A stretch of 26,893 nt of DNA, from positions 1 to 26,893 of IMG/VR virus record IMGVR_UViG_3300048762_000435; one strand, 5' to 3'. The notes under the pieces are model-generated. The model was not told the origin of the DNA, did not search any database, and saw only the letters and a program-made list of their open reading frames with translations. The DNA comes from a virus (taxonomy: Duplodnaviria > Caudoviricetes). The number at the start of each line of letters is the position of its first letter. Positions within the stretch are counted from its first letter, which is position 1. This document shows, piece by piece, positions 15,102-24,084 of the stretch. A program made the position numbers and the translations under genes.

Positions 15102-15626
15102 ATGAATACCGGCCCCGCAAAATTTTTGAGTTCGCTGGAAGTCACGCCGTTGCCGGATGGCAAAAATTGGCGGCTCGACGATCCTTTGTTGTTCCGCGAT
15201 CCGACCGGCTTTTATCATCGTGTTGATAAAGGATTCGTAACGGACTTCGCTTCCATCCCGTCGCTGTCCCGGCTCGGCGCGCTGCTGATGGCTCTGGCGT
15301 TTTTGCTCAATAGTTTTTTCCCATCGCTGTGGCGCGCGGAATTTTCAATCGTGATTTTCGGGCTTGGATTTCTCATCGCCTGGCTGGCGGACGATCTGAA
15401 CGGTGACGACCAGCTCGACGCGCCGGCGACAATTCATGACCACGGCTACCGACGTGTGTTTGGCGGCGAACCGTGGACGATGAAGTTTTATTGGGACTGG
15501 ATTTTGTTCGTGGCCATGCGGGCCAATGGCTGCGGTCTGGCCAAATCGCTGCTGATTTATTTCAACGTGACAGTTTTCGGCTGGCTGGCCTGGTATCAGG
15601 ATGGAAAGAAATTTTCCCATGCTTGA
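15102..15626 (+). CDS. DUF1353-family protein with inserted TM hairpin
   Basis: DGKNWRL..PL...GFVTDFASIP ... APATIHDHGYR ... D.ILFVAMRANG...IY..V.VFG. Confidence 0.85.
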   Translation: MNTGPAKFLSSLEVTPLPDGKNWRLDDPLLFRDPTGFYHRVDKGFVTDFASIPSLSRLGALLMALAFLLNSFFPSLWRAEFSIVIFGLGFLIAWLADDLNGDDQLDAPATIHDHGYRRVFGGEPWTMKFYWDWILFVAMRANGCGLAKSLLIYFNVTVFGWLAWYQDGKKFSHA

Positions 15627-15903
15627 CACCAACCAAGTCCAACAGGTTGCCGCCGTGGCCGCAGAGGCCAAGGCCCAGCTCACGCCATGGCTGCCGGCCA
15701 TTGCGATTGGTGCGGCCTGGCTGGGGCGCGAGATTCGCAACCTCAATGCCTGGCTATTCAACGCGGCCGAGTTTGTGATTCAACACGGCGGCATCGGAAT
15801 GATTTTGGCCAAGCTGGTTTGGAATCCGGCCGCCATGAACGATTTTAAAACGCCGGGTGAGGGCACCCAGCCGACAGCCAACACAACCCCCAATACCAAA
15901 TGA
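15619..15903 (+). CDS. Small membrane-associated protein (holin-like position)
   Basis: Start MLDTNQ; LTPWLPAIAIGAAWLG hydrophobic segment; overlaps both neighbours. Confidence 0.55.
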   Translation: MLDTNQVQQVAAVAAEAKAQLTPWLPAIAIGAAWLGREIRNLNAWLFNAAEFVIQHGGIGMILAKLVWNPAAMNDFKTPGEGTQPTANTTPNTK

Positions 15904-16217
15904 TGCTCGCCACCGCCGACTGGAATCTGATTTCTAATATTTCGTCCGCCCTCGGAATCATCGGGGCGCTCATCATTTCAATCGTTGCCGTTTCGAGAAA
16001 AACCGAAGTCAAAGTCACGCCCAACCCGATGCCGGTGGAAATGGTCGAGAAGTTGGCCACCAAGGCCGAACTGAAAGAGGAAGAATATGAACGCAAAAAA
16101 CAGGAAGGCATTTTGCACAAGCGGATCACGGAAGGTCGCAAGGAGATGGATGCCACGCTGCGCGACCTGCCCATGCAAATTGTGACCTTACTCCGCAACA
16201 CGGGAAATCTTCGCTAA
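15900..16217 (+). CDS. Mu gp25-like (DUF2730-type) N-terminal TM plus coiled-coil protein
   Basis: TM ALGIIGALIISIVAV, then LATKAEL coiled coil; precedes the gp26/gp27-like genes. Confidence 0.55.
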   Translation: MMLATADWNLISNISSALGIIGALIISIVAVSRKTEVKVTPNPMPVEMVEKLATKAELKEEEYERKKQEGILHKRITEGRKEMDATLRDLPMQIVTLLRNTGNLR

Positions 16218-16498
16218 TGAAACTTTCATCCGAACAACGCGAACAACTTCGTTTGAGCCTGCTGGGCTTTCTGGAAGCGAACCAGACTCGATTTGGTCTG
16301 TCGGCTGCATTGTTGCGGCAGATGGCCCGCAGCGAGGGTCGCAGCCAGCTCGACGCCGAGACGGTCGACGACGAACTCGAATACCTGGTGGACAAGAATT
16401 TCATCGCACCGGTGGACAAAAAAATCAGTCCGGAAAACCGCGCCTGGCGAATCACGGCCGATGGCCGGGATTTTCTGGCGAATATCACCGGCGAATAA
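16217..16498 (+). CDS. Mu gp26-like winged-helix protein
   Basis: RLSLLGFLE...VDDELEYLVDKNFI...RITADGRDF; synteny. Confidence 0.75.
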   Translation: MKLSSEQREQLRLSLLGFLEANQTRFGLSAALLRQMARSEGRSQLDAETVDDELEYLVDKNFIAPVDKKISPENRAWRITADGRDFLANITGE

Positions 16499-17053
16499 AT
16501 GAGCAAGCCCCGTTCAGACGCAAAATTGAAGACGCTGCCGGAAGAGCGGCAGGCGTCCATTGTGTTCTACGCGCGCGACCATTCGCTCGAAGACACGCTG
16601 AAATGGCTGCGCGAAGACAGCGTGCAGACTTCGATCGGCGCGCTGTCGGGGTTCTTGTCCTGGTATTCGCTGCGGCAACAGTTGGCCCGGAACGAATCCA
16701 CCGTGGCCCAGGTGCTGGAGGATTTGAAGAGCAGCAATCCCGCGCTGTCGCAACAGGAACTCGACGTGGCCGGCCAGCTCTTCTTTTCCGCGCTGGCCAT
16801 CCAGGAGAAAGATTCGCTGACGTGGAAGCGCATCAAGGACGCGCACACGAAGAGCGAGGCGCTCAAGCTGGCTCGCGAGGAATTCGAGTACCAGACCTGC
16901 GAGAAGATTTTAAAGGCGGTCCACGACAAGGAGACCAACCGCATCGTGGAGTTGAACATCCCCAACGAGGAAAAAATCCGACTGCTGCGCAAGCATCACT
17001 TCGCCGACGTGGACGAGCTGGAAAAATCCGGTGCGGTGCAACTGCCTGAATAA
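16499..17053 (+). CDS. Mu gp27-like (DUF3486) small terminase subunit
   Basis: RSDAKLKTLPEE...WL.EDSVQTS.GALS; immediately upstream of TerL. Confidence 0.75.
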   Translation: MSKPRSDAKLKTLPEERQASIVFYARDHSLEDTLKWLREDSVQTSIGALSGFLSWYSLRQQLARNESTVAQVLEDLKSSNPALSQQELDVAGQLFFSALAIQEKDSLTWKRIKDAHTKSEALKLAREEFEYQTCEKILKAVHDKETNRIVELNIPNEEKIRLLRKHHFADVDELEKSGAVQLPE

Positions 17054-18693
17054 TGAATGCCACCAAACATTGGACTCGCCGGCTTTACCAGAAAGTCGCG
17101 CTGGTCGCGGTCCGCAAGGTCCGCTGCATGGTGCTTTTCTGGGCGCGGCAGTGCCGGAAATCCACGACGCTGGGCGACATCGCCTTTGACGAGATGTCAC
17201 GCGAGTCTGGCCGCAATGTCATTGCCGCCAGCGCGTCGCTGCTGACCGGCTCGGAACTGGTGAGCAAGACATTGAGTTCGGCCGAGCAGGCTTCCCTGGT
17301 CACCCGTGAGGCGGCCGCGTTGCAGATGACGATGAACGAATCATCGCAGGCCAACGCCATGCCGTTGAAGTGCGCCAATTCCGATACGGGCAAACTCTAC
17401 ACAAATTTGAGCACAGAGGATTTCACGGACCTGTATCGCTCATCCCGGTTGGAAATGCGGCTGTACCACAACCGCACGGATTATTCGCGGCTGCGCGTGA
17501 TCGCCCCGAATCCGGCGACCGCCCGCGGCTGGACGGGCACGGTGGTCCGAGATGAGGCCGGGTTCACGCATCCGAATCTCGAACGCGACCTGCAGATTGC
17601 CGTGAAGCCGATCATGGATACCGACCGGACGTTCAAGCTGATTTACGCGTCGAACCTGCCCAGGGATGACCGACATCCGTTCTTTGAGATGACCCTGCCA
17701 GAACCCGGCATGGAATTCCCGCCGGACGCCAACGGCCATTTCTATCGCGGCCAGAACGGGATTCTGATTCACCGCGTGGCGTTGTGTGATGCCTATGCGG
17801 CCGGACATGTGCTTTACGACACCCGCGAAGGCAAGCCGTTGACCTACGATCAATTTTGCGCTGACCCGGCCAACCGGCTTGGCCTGGACGAGAGCTACCG
17901 GCTAATTCACAAGTTCGGCGGCGCAGCGGCGATTGATTTGTTTGCGCTCACAACTGCACAGCGCCGTGGTATCGGTCAGTGCGGATTTTTCTTTGTTGAA
18001 AACGAGCTGGAGTTTCAGGCGGCGCTAAAATTCCTGATTCAAAATCTTTCCGCTGATCCAACCGGAATCGGCTGTGACGTGGCCACGACCACCAATGACA
18101 CCAGCAACCCGACGAGCGTGACCGTGATCCAGAAGCGCGGCGTGGAATATATCGAGGTGGCGATCATTGTCTGGAAAGAGCGTGATCCGAAAATCGCCCG
18201 CGATCGGCTGGCCCGAATCATTATGGCGGTGCGCCAGAGCAAAGCGGGAGCGCCGCGGCGGTTCTGCATTGATTCCACGAACGAGCAGTACTTTGCCCGC
18301 GAGACGGCCCAGGAGCTGGGCGGGATGGTTCCTTTTGAACTCGTGGATGCGCGCAACACGGTCGAGCCGGCGCCGCCCGGTTATGCCCACGCGGCGAACT
18401 ATAAGACCTGGCTCGGCGATTTGTATTCGGCGGCCGTCAATGACAACCGGACGACGATGCCCAGCGATGAATATGTCAAAGAGGATCATCGGCTCGTGGT
18501 GAAATCGGCCGGCACCTATGTCTGCGAGCCGCAGGTTGACGGCAAGCACGGCGACACATTTGACAGCGGCAAACTCTCGCTGCACGCGGTAAATGGCACC
18601 AGCGGCGCCATCACCGCCGACCTGGTCCGCCAGATCCGCATCGGTGCACGAATCACCACGCGGCCGCTTTTCATCCCCGCAAGACTTTCATGA
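17053..18693 (+). CDS. terL: Terminase large subunit (Mu gp28-like)
   Basis: ARQCRKST Walker A variant, NPATARG, VVRDEAG Walker B, IGCDVA / CIDST / HGDTF nuclease aspartates. Confidence 0.92.
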   Translation: MNATKHWTRRLYQKVALVAVRKVRCMVLFWARQCRKSTTLGDIAFDEMSRESGRNVIAASASLLTGSELVSKTLSSAEQASLVTREAAALQMTMNESSQANAMPLKCANSDTGKLYTNLSTEDFTDLYRSSRLEMRLYHNRTDYSRLRVIAPNPATARGWTGTVVRDEAGFTHPNLERDLQIAVKPIMDTDRTFKLIYASNLPRDDRHPFFEMTLPEPGMEFPPDANGHFYRGQNGILIHRVALCDAYAAGHVLYDTREGKPLTYDQFCADPANRLGLDESYRLIHKFGGAAAIDLFALTTAQRRGIGQCGFFFVENELEFQAALKFLIQNLSADPTGIGCDVATTTNDTSNPTSVTVIQKRGVEYIEVAIIVWKERDPKIARDRLARIIMAVRQSKAGAPRRFCIDSTNEQYFARETAQELGGMVPFELVDARNTVEPAPPGYAHAANYKTWLGDLYSAAVNDNRTTMPSDEYVKEDHRLVVKSAGTYVCEPQVDGKHGDTFDSGKLSLHAVNGTSGAITADLVRQIRIGARITTRPLFIPARLS

Positions 18694-18878
18694 CCATGAA
18701 CCAAGCCCCACAAATGCCCGCAGGCGGTTTTCCGCCACTGTCCGTAGCCAGCGGCATCGCCGACGCGCTGTATAACGCTGCACGTCGCTGCAAGCGGTAT
18801 TTTTACCGGCCAGTTGCGAGCCGGTTTGGGGCAGAAACCGGTTATTTACGCAGTAACCCTTTTAAAACCGCGTTATGA
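18690..18878 (+). other. TerL-portal spacer with a 62-aa coupled ORF; candidate strong-gyrase-site-like region
   Basis: ATGA overlaps at both ends; composition differs from flanking genes (CGCTGTATAACGC...TTTAAAACCGCGTTAT). Confidence 0.35.
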
Positions 18879-20725
18879 GCGAATTTCTCATTGCTGGCAC
18901 CGCCATCGTGGACCCGGCCAGTTTGCCGGCCAAAGCCGCCGCCGTGCCGGCGACTGTCCCGGCCGCGCCAGCCACCCCGAAGCCGGCTTCGCCGATGTCG
19001 CTGGTCATCCGGCCGTCGGCCCGAGATCGCTGGCTGGCCGCGTCGCTGACCCAGTACACGCCAACCTACGTCGAAAATATCTGCCGCGGTGCCGCCGCCG
19101 GCAACCTGATGTCGCAATGGATGATGTTCGACCTGATGGAACAGACCTGGCCTCGCCTGTCAAAAAATCTCAATGAGCTGAAGAATGCCGTCAACGATCT
19201 GGAATGGAACCTGAAGCCGTTTGCGCTCAAAGGCCAGAAGCCGACGCCAGAAGCCCAGCGCCGGGCGCGGGTCATTGAGAACATCATCTGGAACATGGCG
19301 CCGGACCCGCTGGCCAATGAGAATGATTTTGAGGATACGGTTTATGACGTGCTCGATTCTTTGGGAAAAAGCATTTCCGTGCTGGAAATTGATTTCCCGG
19401 AATTGCCGGTGACGGAAGATTTAGGCGACGGCGTGGAAACTTATTTTCCGGTCAAGGCCACGCGCTGGGTCCACCCGCGCTATTACGGGTACCCGAATTA
19501 TCCGGTCACCAGCGACCGGCTGATGTTGAACGCCAAAGAGGTGAAGTTCAGCAACCCGGCGGCCGTCCTGGCAGACGAAGGCGGTTCCACCTGGGCGGAG
19601 TTCCCGGAGGACAAATTCATCATCTCGGTGATCAAACAAAAGTCCGGCCATCCGATCAATGCCGGCATGTTGCGGCTGCTGGGATTTTTCTGGGCAGCGC
19701 AGAACTTCACTTGGGAGTGGTTCCTGAATTACTCGCAGATTTTCGGCCAGCCGTTGCGATGGGCCACGTGGGAACGGGACGCATCGCTGGAGACCATCAA
19801 CCTGGTGGAAACGCTGCTGCGCGACCTGGGCAGTGCGGCCTATGCCGCTTTCCCGGCCGGCACGGACCTGAAGCTGCTCGAAGCCATGAAGGGCGCGGGC
19901 GAAAATCCGCAGAAAGTCCTGATTGATGCGGCGGACACGATTTGCGACCTGGTGGTTCTCTCCGAAGCCATGTCCAGCGAGCACGGTGGACCGGGCGCGC
20001 GTGGCGGCGGTACCCAAGCCAGCGCAACGGTGGGCAAAACCAAGCGCGACGAAAAAATCCATTCGGTCGCCGGCCATGCGGCCAAAATAATCAACGCGCA
20101 ATTCATCAAGCCGATCTGCCGCCGTAATTTTGGTGATGACACCCAGTGTCCGTATTTCGAGGCCAGCGCCAAGCAATCCAAGGACGGCGTGGCCGTGGCC
20201 ACCAAATATAAGACCGTGCTGTCCATCCCCGGCGTTCTGGTCAGCAAGCAGCAATTTTACGATGACAACGATCTCGTTGTACCGGCCACGGATGATGATG
20301 TGCTCGTCGGCCAATCGGCCGCACCCGCGCAACAACCCAGCGGCGGTGCCACCGGCGGCCAGGATGGCGGTGATATTGAAGAAGGTCCGGTGACGGCCGA
20401 TGCCAGGGCGGCCCACGCCAAAGCGGCCGCGCCTGGCGTCAACCGCCGCCTGGTGGATAATGCGCTGGCCGATGCCACGGGTATAGCGCCGCGCTGGCTG
20501 GGGGCAGTCCGTCCAATTTTTGAGGAGTTGATCGCCAAGGCCAAGGCGGGCCATGTGACCGACGCGGAATTCATCACCGCCATTGAGCAGGCGCAACGCC
20601 GGTTGCCGGACGTGTTCGATAAGATGGATCACAAAGCCTTGGAGCGCGTCATTGAAGGCACGCTGGGGGCGGCGGTGGTCAATGGCGCGGTGCGCGGTGC
20701 GCTGGAAAGACGAGGTGCCAAATGA
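18875..20725 (+). CDS. Portal protein (Mu gp29 / DUF935)
   Basis: LDSLGKSISVLEI, GMLRLL, W..YSQIFGQP.RWA, and the gp29-type C-terminal helical domain. Confidence 0.92.
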   Translation: MSEFLIAGTAIVDPASLPAKAAAVPATVPAAPATPKPASPMSLVIRPSARDRWLAASLTQYTPTYVENICRGAAAGNLMSQWMMFDLMEQTWPRLSKNLNELKNAVNDLEWNLKPFALKGQKPTPEAQRRARVIENIIWNMAPDPLANENDFEDTVYDVLDSLGKSISVLEIDFPELPVTEDLGDGVETYFPVKATRWVHPRYYGYPNYPVTSDRLMLNAKEVKFSNPAAVLADEGGSTWAEFPEDKFIISVIKQKSGHPINAGMLRLLGFFWAAQNFTWEWFLNYSQIFGQPLRWATWERDASLETINLVETLLRDLGSAAYAAFPAGTDLKLLEAMKGAGENPQKVLIDAADTICDLVVLSEAMSSEHGGPGARGGGTQASATVGKTKRDEKIHSVAGHAAKIINAQFIKPICRRNFGDDTQCPYFEASAKQSKDGVAVATKYKTVLSIPGVLVSKQQFYDDNDLVVPATDDDVLVGQSAAPAQQPSGGATGGQDGGDIEEGPVTADARAAHAKAAAPGVNRRLVDNALADATGIAPRWLGAVRPIFEELIAKAKAGHVTDAEFITAIEQAQRRLPDVFDKMDHKALERVIEGTLGAAVVNGAVRGALERRGAK

Positions 20726-21342
20726 CGCTCTCGTTTGACGACATCAAGTTCCAGGCGGAGTTCGGCCGGATTATTTCCGAGACCAGAAACCCGCGGGCCA
20801 TTCTGCTCGGGGCCGGCCGCACGGTGGGTGCCCAGCTTAAGCGTCATTTCCGCGCCAAGGACCGGAGCGAGTCAAACCATCTTAGCGCACGGCGGAGTCA
20901 TTTCTGGCTGACCATGGCATGGAGCGTGCAGGCGCCCGTGCAGGAATCGCCCACGACAATCAGTGTCTCGATTTCCGACCCGCGTTTCGCGCAGAAACTT
21001 TTCGGCGGCACCATCACCGCCAAGGCGGCCGGCGCGCTGACCATTCCGGTGGAAGAGCGCGCCTATGATCGCACGACCAAAATTTTTGAGGCGGAGACGG
21101 GCTTGAAACTTTTTCTGCTCAAAGCCGGCGGCACAAAATCAAACGCGCTGGAAAATGCCCTGCTCGCCGTGGCCGATCCCGCCAATCCCGGTCACGTCAC
21201 CGTGGAATATTTGCTGACCGAATCCGTGGATCAGCCGGCGGATACGGATGCGCTGCCGGACAAAACGGAAATGGAAAACGCCGTGTTGGCGCGCAGCGAG
21301 CGAATTATGGACCGGCAACTCAAAAACAATCCTCAAAGCTAA
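20722..21342 (+). CDS. Mu gpG (gp31)-like virion morphogenesis protein
   Basis: PRAIL..AGR......RHF, FAQKLFGGTITAKAAGALTIP; between portal and protease. Confidence 0.75.
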   Translation: MTLSFDDIKFQAEFGRIISETRNPRAILLGAGRTVGAQLKRHFRAKDRSESNHLSARRSHFWLTMAWSVQAPVQESPTTISVSISDPRFAQKLFGGTITAKAAGALTIPVEERAYDRTTKIFEAETGLKLFLLKAGGTKSNALENALLAVADPANPGHVTVEYLLTESVDQPADTDALPDKTEMENAVLARSERIMDRQLKNNPQS

Positions 21343-21357
21343 AGGCCTGAAATAAAA

Positions 21358-22497
21358 ATGTACAAACTTGACACCATACAAGCATCGGCCCTGGCCGCGC
21401 TGCCGGAGATCGGCACCGACGGTGACTTGCCGGCGGACATCCAAGTTTTCCCTCCGGGGAAGGCGGTAAAATTCACGTTGCAGGATTATCCTGGCGAACA
21501 TTTTGAGATGGACGTGGACGCATCGGTGGCGGCCAAGGCCAATGCGGATTTGCAAAATCTTATCGCGCGTGCCGCCGCTGGCGAAGGCTCGCAACCGTTC
21601 GCGGACAAAAATCACGAAGACGCCGAGAAGACATTCACGCCGAAGCGTTACTTCTGGGGCGGCGATGATCCGATCAAGGGCGGCGTGCGCCTGGTGCCTG
21701 ACTGGAGTCCATTCGGTGCGGCGCTCGTGCGGGCGAAGGCGTTCTCTTATTTCTCGCAGCACTTCCTGTTCAGCAAGGGGAAGAAAAAATTTCTCGGCCT
21801 CATCAACGAGAACATCGGCGGGCTGGTGAACCGGCCCGGCTTTTCAACGCAAGCGGCGTTCGCCAAGGCGGCGCCATCAACAACCAACCAAACCAAAAAA
21901 AGTATGCTACCTGAAGACAAGGCCGAGATCGGCCAGATCGTCGCGGATGCGCTCAAGCCCATCAGCGACAAAGTCAACACGCTGGAGGCAAATGCCAAAG
22001 CAGCGCAAACGGCCACGCCGGCCAAAGCCGGTGCGGATAACACCATCGTCACCGATGCCATCACTGCCGCGCTCAAACCGGTCACGGACCAGTTGACCGC
22101 GTTGCAGACGCAGCACACCGACACGCTGAAAGCGCAGGCCAAGGCGGCCGTGGGCAAGTACATCGGCCGCGTGGGACTCGCTCCCGCGGACACCAAGACG
22201 ATTGAATTCTACGAGAAATCGTATCTCGCCGATCCCGTCACCACCGAAGCGGTCCTGGGCAAGTTGCCTGCCCGCGCCGGTGCCAGCCGCATGATTGTGA
22301 ATTCTGCGGGTGGGACCGAAACCGTCACGTCCGCCGAGCCGGAAGACGTCTTTATGGCCAAGGCCAAGGCGTGGGGCGAAACCAACAAGATCGGTGACGA
22401 GGCCCAGGCGCTCATCGCCTTTGCCCGCACGCCGGAAGGCGCGGAGCTGCAGGACGCATTTCGCAACAAAGTCCGCACGAACAGCCAACACCAATAA
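21358..22497 (+). CDS. Prohead protease/scaffold (Mu gpI-like)
   Basis: IQVFPPG, DKNH, WSPFG..LV....FSYFSQHF, GLVNRPGF, then Ala-rich helical scaffold half. Confidence 0.88.
   Translation: MYKLDTIQASALAALPEIGTDGDLPADIQVFPPGKAVKFTLQDYPGEHFEMDVDASVAAKANADLQNLIARAAAGEGSQPFADKNHEDAEKTFTPKRYFWGGDDPIKGGVRLVPDWSPFGAALVRAKAFSYFSQHFLFSKGKKKFLGLINENIGGLVNRPGFSTQAAFAKAAPSTTNQTKKSMLPEDKAEIGQIVADALKPISDKVNTLEANAKAAQTATPAKAGADNTIVTDAITAALKPVTDQLTALQTQHTDTLKAQAKAAVGKYIGRVGLAPADTKTIEFYEKSYLADPVTTEAVLGKLPARAGASRMIVNSAGGTETVTSAEPEDVFMAKAKAWGETNKIGDEAQALIAFARTPEGAELQDAFRNKVRTNSQHQ
21904..22497 (+). CDS. Nested in-frame scaffold protein (Mu gpZ-like)
   Basis: In-frame ATG (MLPEDK) preceded by AACCAACCAAACCAAAAAAAGT, the same leader type as other late genes. 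Confidence 0.6.
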   Translation: MLPEDKAEIGQIVADALKPISDKVNTLEANAKAAQTATPAKAGADNTIVTDAITAALKPVTDQLTALQTQHTDTLKAQAKAAVGKYIGRVGLAPADTKTIEFYEKSYLADPVTTEAVLGKLPARAGASRMIVNSAGGTETVTSAEPEDVFMAKAKAWGETNKIGDEAQALIAFARTPEGAELQDAFRNKVRTNSQHQ

Positions 22498-22537
22498 ACC
22501 GCGTCAACAAACCAACTCAACCGCATAAAAGACCAAT

Positions 22538-22945
22538 ATGGCAAAACAAACTTACAACGACTCGCCTTACCAGAGTTTTCCGGCCGCTGTGCCCGCGAAC
22601 CTGGTGGGCATGGAAGGCTACGCCGTGGAACTCGTTCCCGGCACTAACAACATCCAGCTCTACACGGCCACCGCCGGGCGTCCGCTCCTCGGTTTCCTGT
22701 TTGAACGGCTGGAAGGCGACACGAATTGGAATGTTCGCATCGCCGGCAAGGGCGGCACGGTCCGCTGCGTCGCCGGCGACGGCAGCATCGGCCAGGCTCC
22801 CGCCTACGTCAAAGCCCAGAATGGCGGCACGATGATCGCGGCCACCAGCGGCAATCTGGCGCATGGCATCAAAATCAGTCCGGTCGTGGCCGATGCCGCG
22901 GGCGACGTGATGGAAATCCAGGACGTGTTCATCACGGTGCCCTAA
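22538..22945 (+). CDS. Capsid decoration/cement protein (DUF2190-like)
   Basis: 135 aa, Gly/Ala-rich beta pattern (GTVRCVAG..I.....VKA..GG...A...G...ADAAGDVMEI), between scaffold and MCP. Confidence 0.7.
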   Translation: MAKQTYNDSPYQSFPAAVPANLVGMEGYAVELVPGTNNIQLYTATAGRPLLGFLFERLEGDTNWNVRIAGKGGTVRCVAGDGSIGQAPAYVKAQNGGTMIAATSGNLAHGIKISPVVADAAGDVMEIQDVFITVP

Positions 22946-22993
22946 CCGCCGATCGCGTTTCAAACCAACCGAAATAAATAACGAAATACAAAT

Positions 22994-23998
22994 ATGCCTA
23001 TCGCAACTAACGCAACACTCAACCCCATCCTCACCAAGATCGCCAACCAGTTCATGCGCGACCCGAAGGGGTTCGTCGGTGCGCGGCTCGCGCCGCCTTT
23101 CGCCACCGCCCTGCAGGCGGCGAGCTATTACGTGTTCAGCGCAGAGGAACTTGCCAATACGCCGGTGCTCAAACCGCGCGCGCCCGGCAGCGGTTATCCC
23201 CGCATCACCTCCATCCTTAGCAATGACAATTACTATTGCCAAAACTACGGTTTGGAAGCCCTGGTCCCCGATGAAGAGCGCCTGAAGTACGGCGCGTACT
23301 TCGACGTGGACGTCGCCCGCGTGCGCAAGCTGGTGGACACCATCAAGGTGAATCACGAACTGCGCGTCCACACGCTGGCAACCAACACGGCCCAGGTGCC
23401 TTACGCCGGCGTGGCCGTTAAGTGGGACGATCCGTCCAGCAATCCCAAGGACGACGTGGATGCCGCCAAGGAATACATCCGCCAGCAGACTGGCATGGAA
23501 GTCAACCTGATGACCATCAGCAACCCGGTGTTCTTGAAATTGCAGCAACATCCCAAGCTGCTGGACGTGTTTAAGTACACCAGCCCCGGCCTGCTCAACG
23601 AGGACAAACTGGCCAGTTACTTCGGGCTGCCGCAGGGCGGCCTGGCCATCGCCAAGACGGTGCAGGCCACCAACCTGGAAGGCCAGACCTTCACTCCCGC
23701 CGACATCTGGGGGCACGACTGCGTGCTCGCCCACGTCGAAGAGGGCGATGATCTGGAACTGCCGAACTTTGCGCGCACGTTCTACTGGACGGCTTTCACC
23801 AGCCCGGTCACGGAAAAGACCGGCGGCACCGGTCCCGGCATGGTGGCCGGTGGCGGCGGCGGCTCGGATCTGCTTCAGATCTTCGACTACCGTGACGAAA
23901 CCAAGAAATCCGACGTGCATCGCGGCGAGCATTACGTCGGGGAAAAGGTGGTCGGTCAAAAGGCGGCTTTCTATTACCAGAACGTCCTCTCGTTCTAA
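22994..23998 (+). CDS. Major capsid protein
   Basis: NPILTKIA.......FVG.RLAP, E.RV..L, KWDD.SSNP.DDV, LQQHPKL; 334 aa; synteny. Confidence 0.92.
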   Translation: MPIATNATLNPILTKIANQFMRDPKGFVGARLAPPFATALQAASYYVFSAEELANTPVLKPRAPGSGYPRITSILSNDNYYCQNYGLEALVPDEERLKYGAYFDVDVARVRKLVDTIKVNHELRVHTLATNTAQVPYAGVAVKWDDPSSNPKDDVDAAKEYIRQQTGMEVNLMTISNPVFLKLQQHPKLLDVFKYTSPGLLNEDKLASYFGLPQGGLAIAKTVQATNLEGQTFTPADIWGHDCVLAHVEEGDDLELPNFARTFYWTAFTSPVTEKTGGTGPGMVAGGGGGSDLLQIFDYRDETKKSDVHRGEHYVGEKVVGQKAAFYYQNVLSF

Positions 23999-24008
23999 GC
24001 CATCGCCT

Positions 24009-24038
24009 GGCCGCCGCCGGGGAAACCCGGCGGCGGCC
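24009..24038. other. Perfect 13-bp GC hairpin with GAAA loop after the MCP gene, no U-tract
   Basis: GGCCGCCGCCGGG-GAAA-CCCGGCGGCGGCC. Confidence 0.7.
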
Positions 24039-24084
24039 CGGCAAAAACAAATCACATATCGAAAAATTCAACATCGAACATCGA

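Noticed and set aside
19760-19775. Second parS-like sequence (TGGGCCACGTGGGAAC); half-site TGTTCCACG near 9986
   Set aside because: Only about 11/16 or half matches inside coding sequence; expected by chance.
22517-24055. 512-aa minus-strand ORF (also 19421-20632 and 25404-26798)
   Set aside because: Antisense shadows of decoration/MCP, portal and tail genes.
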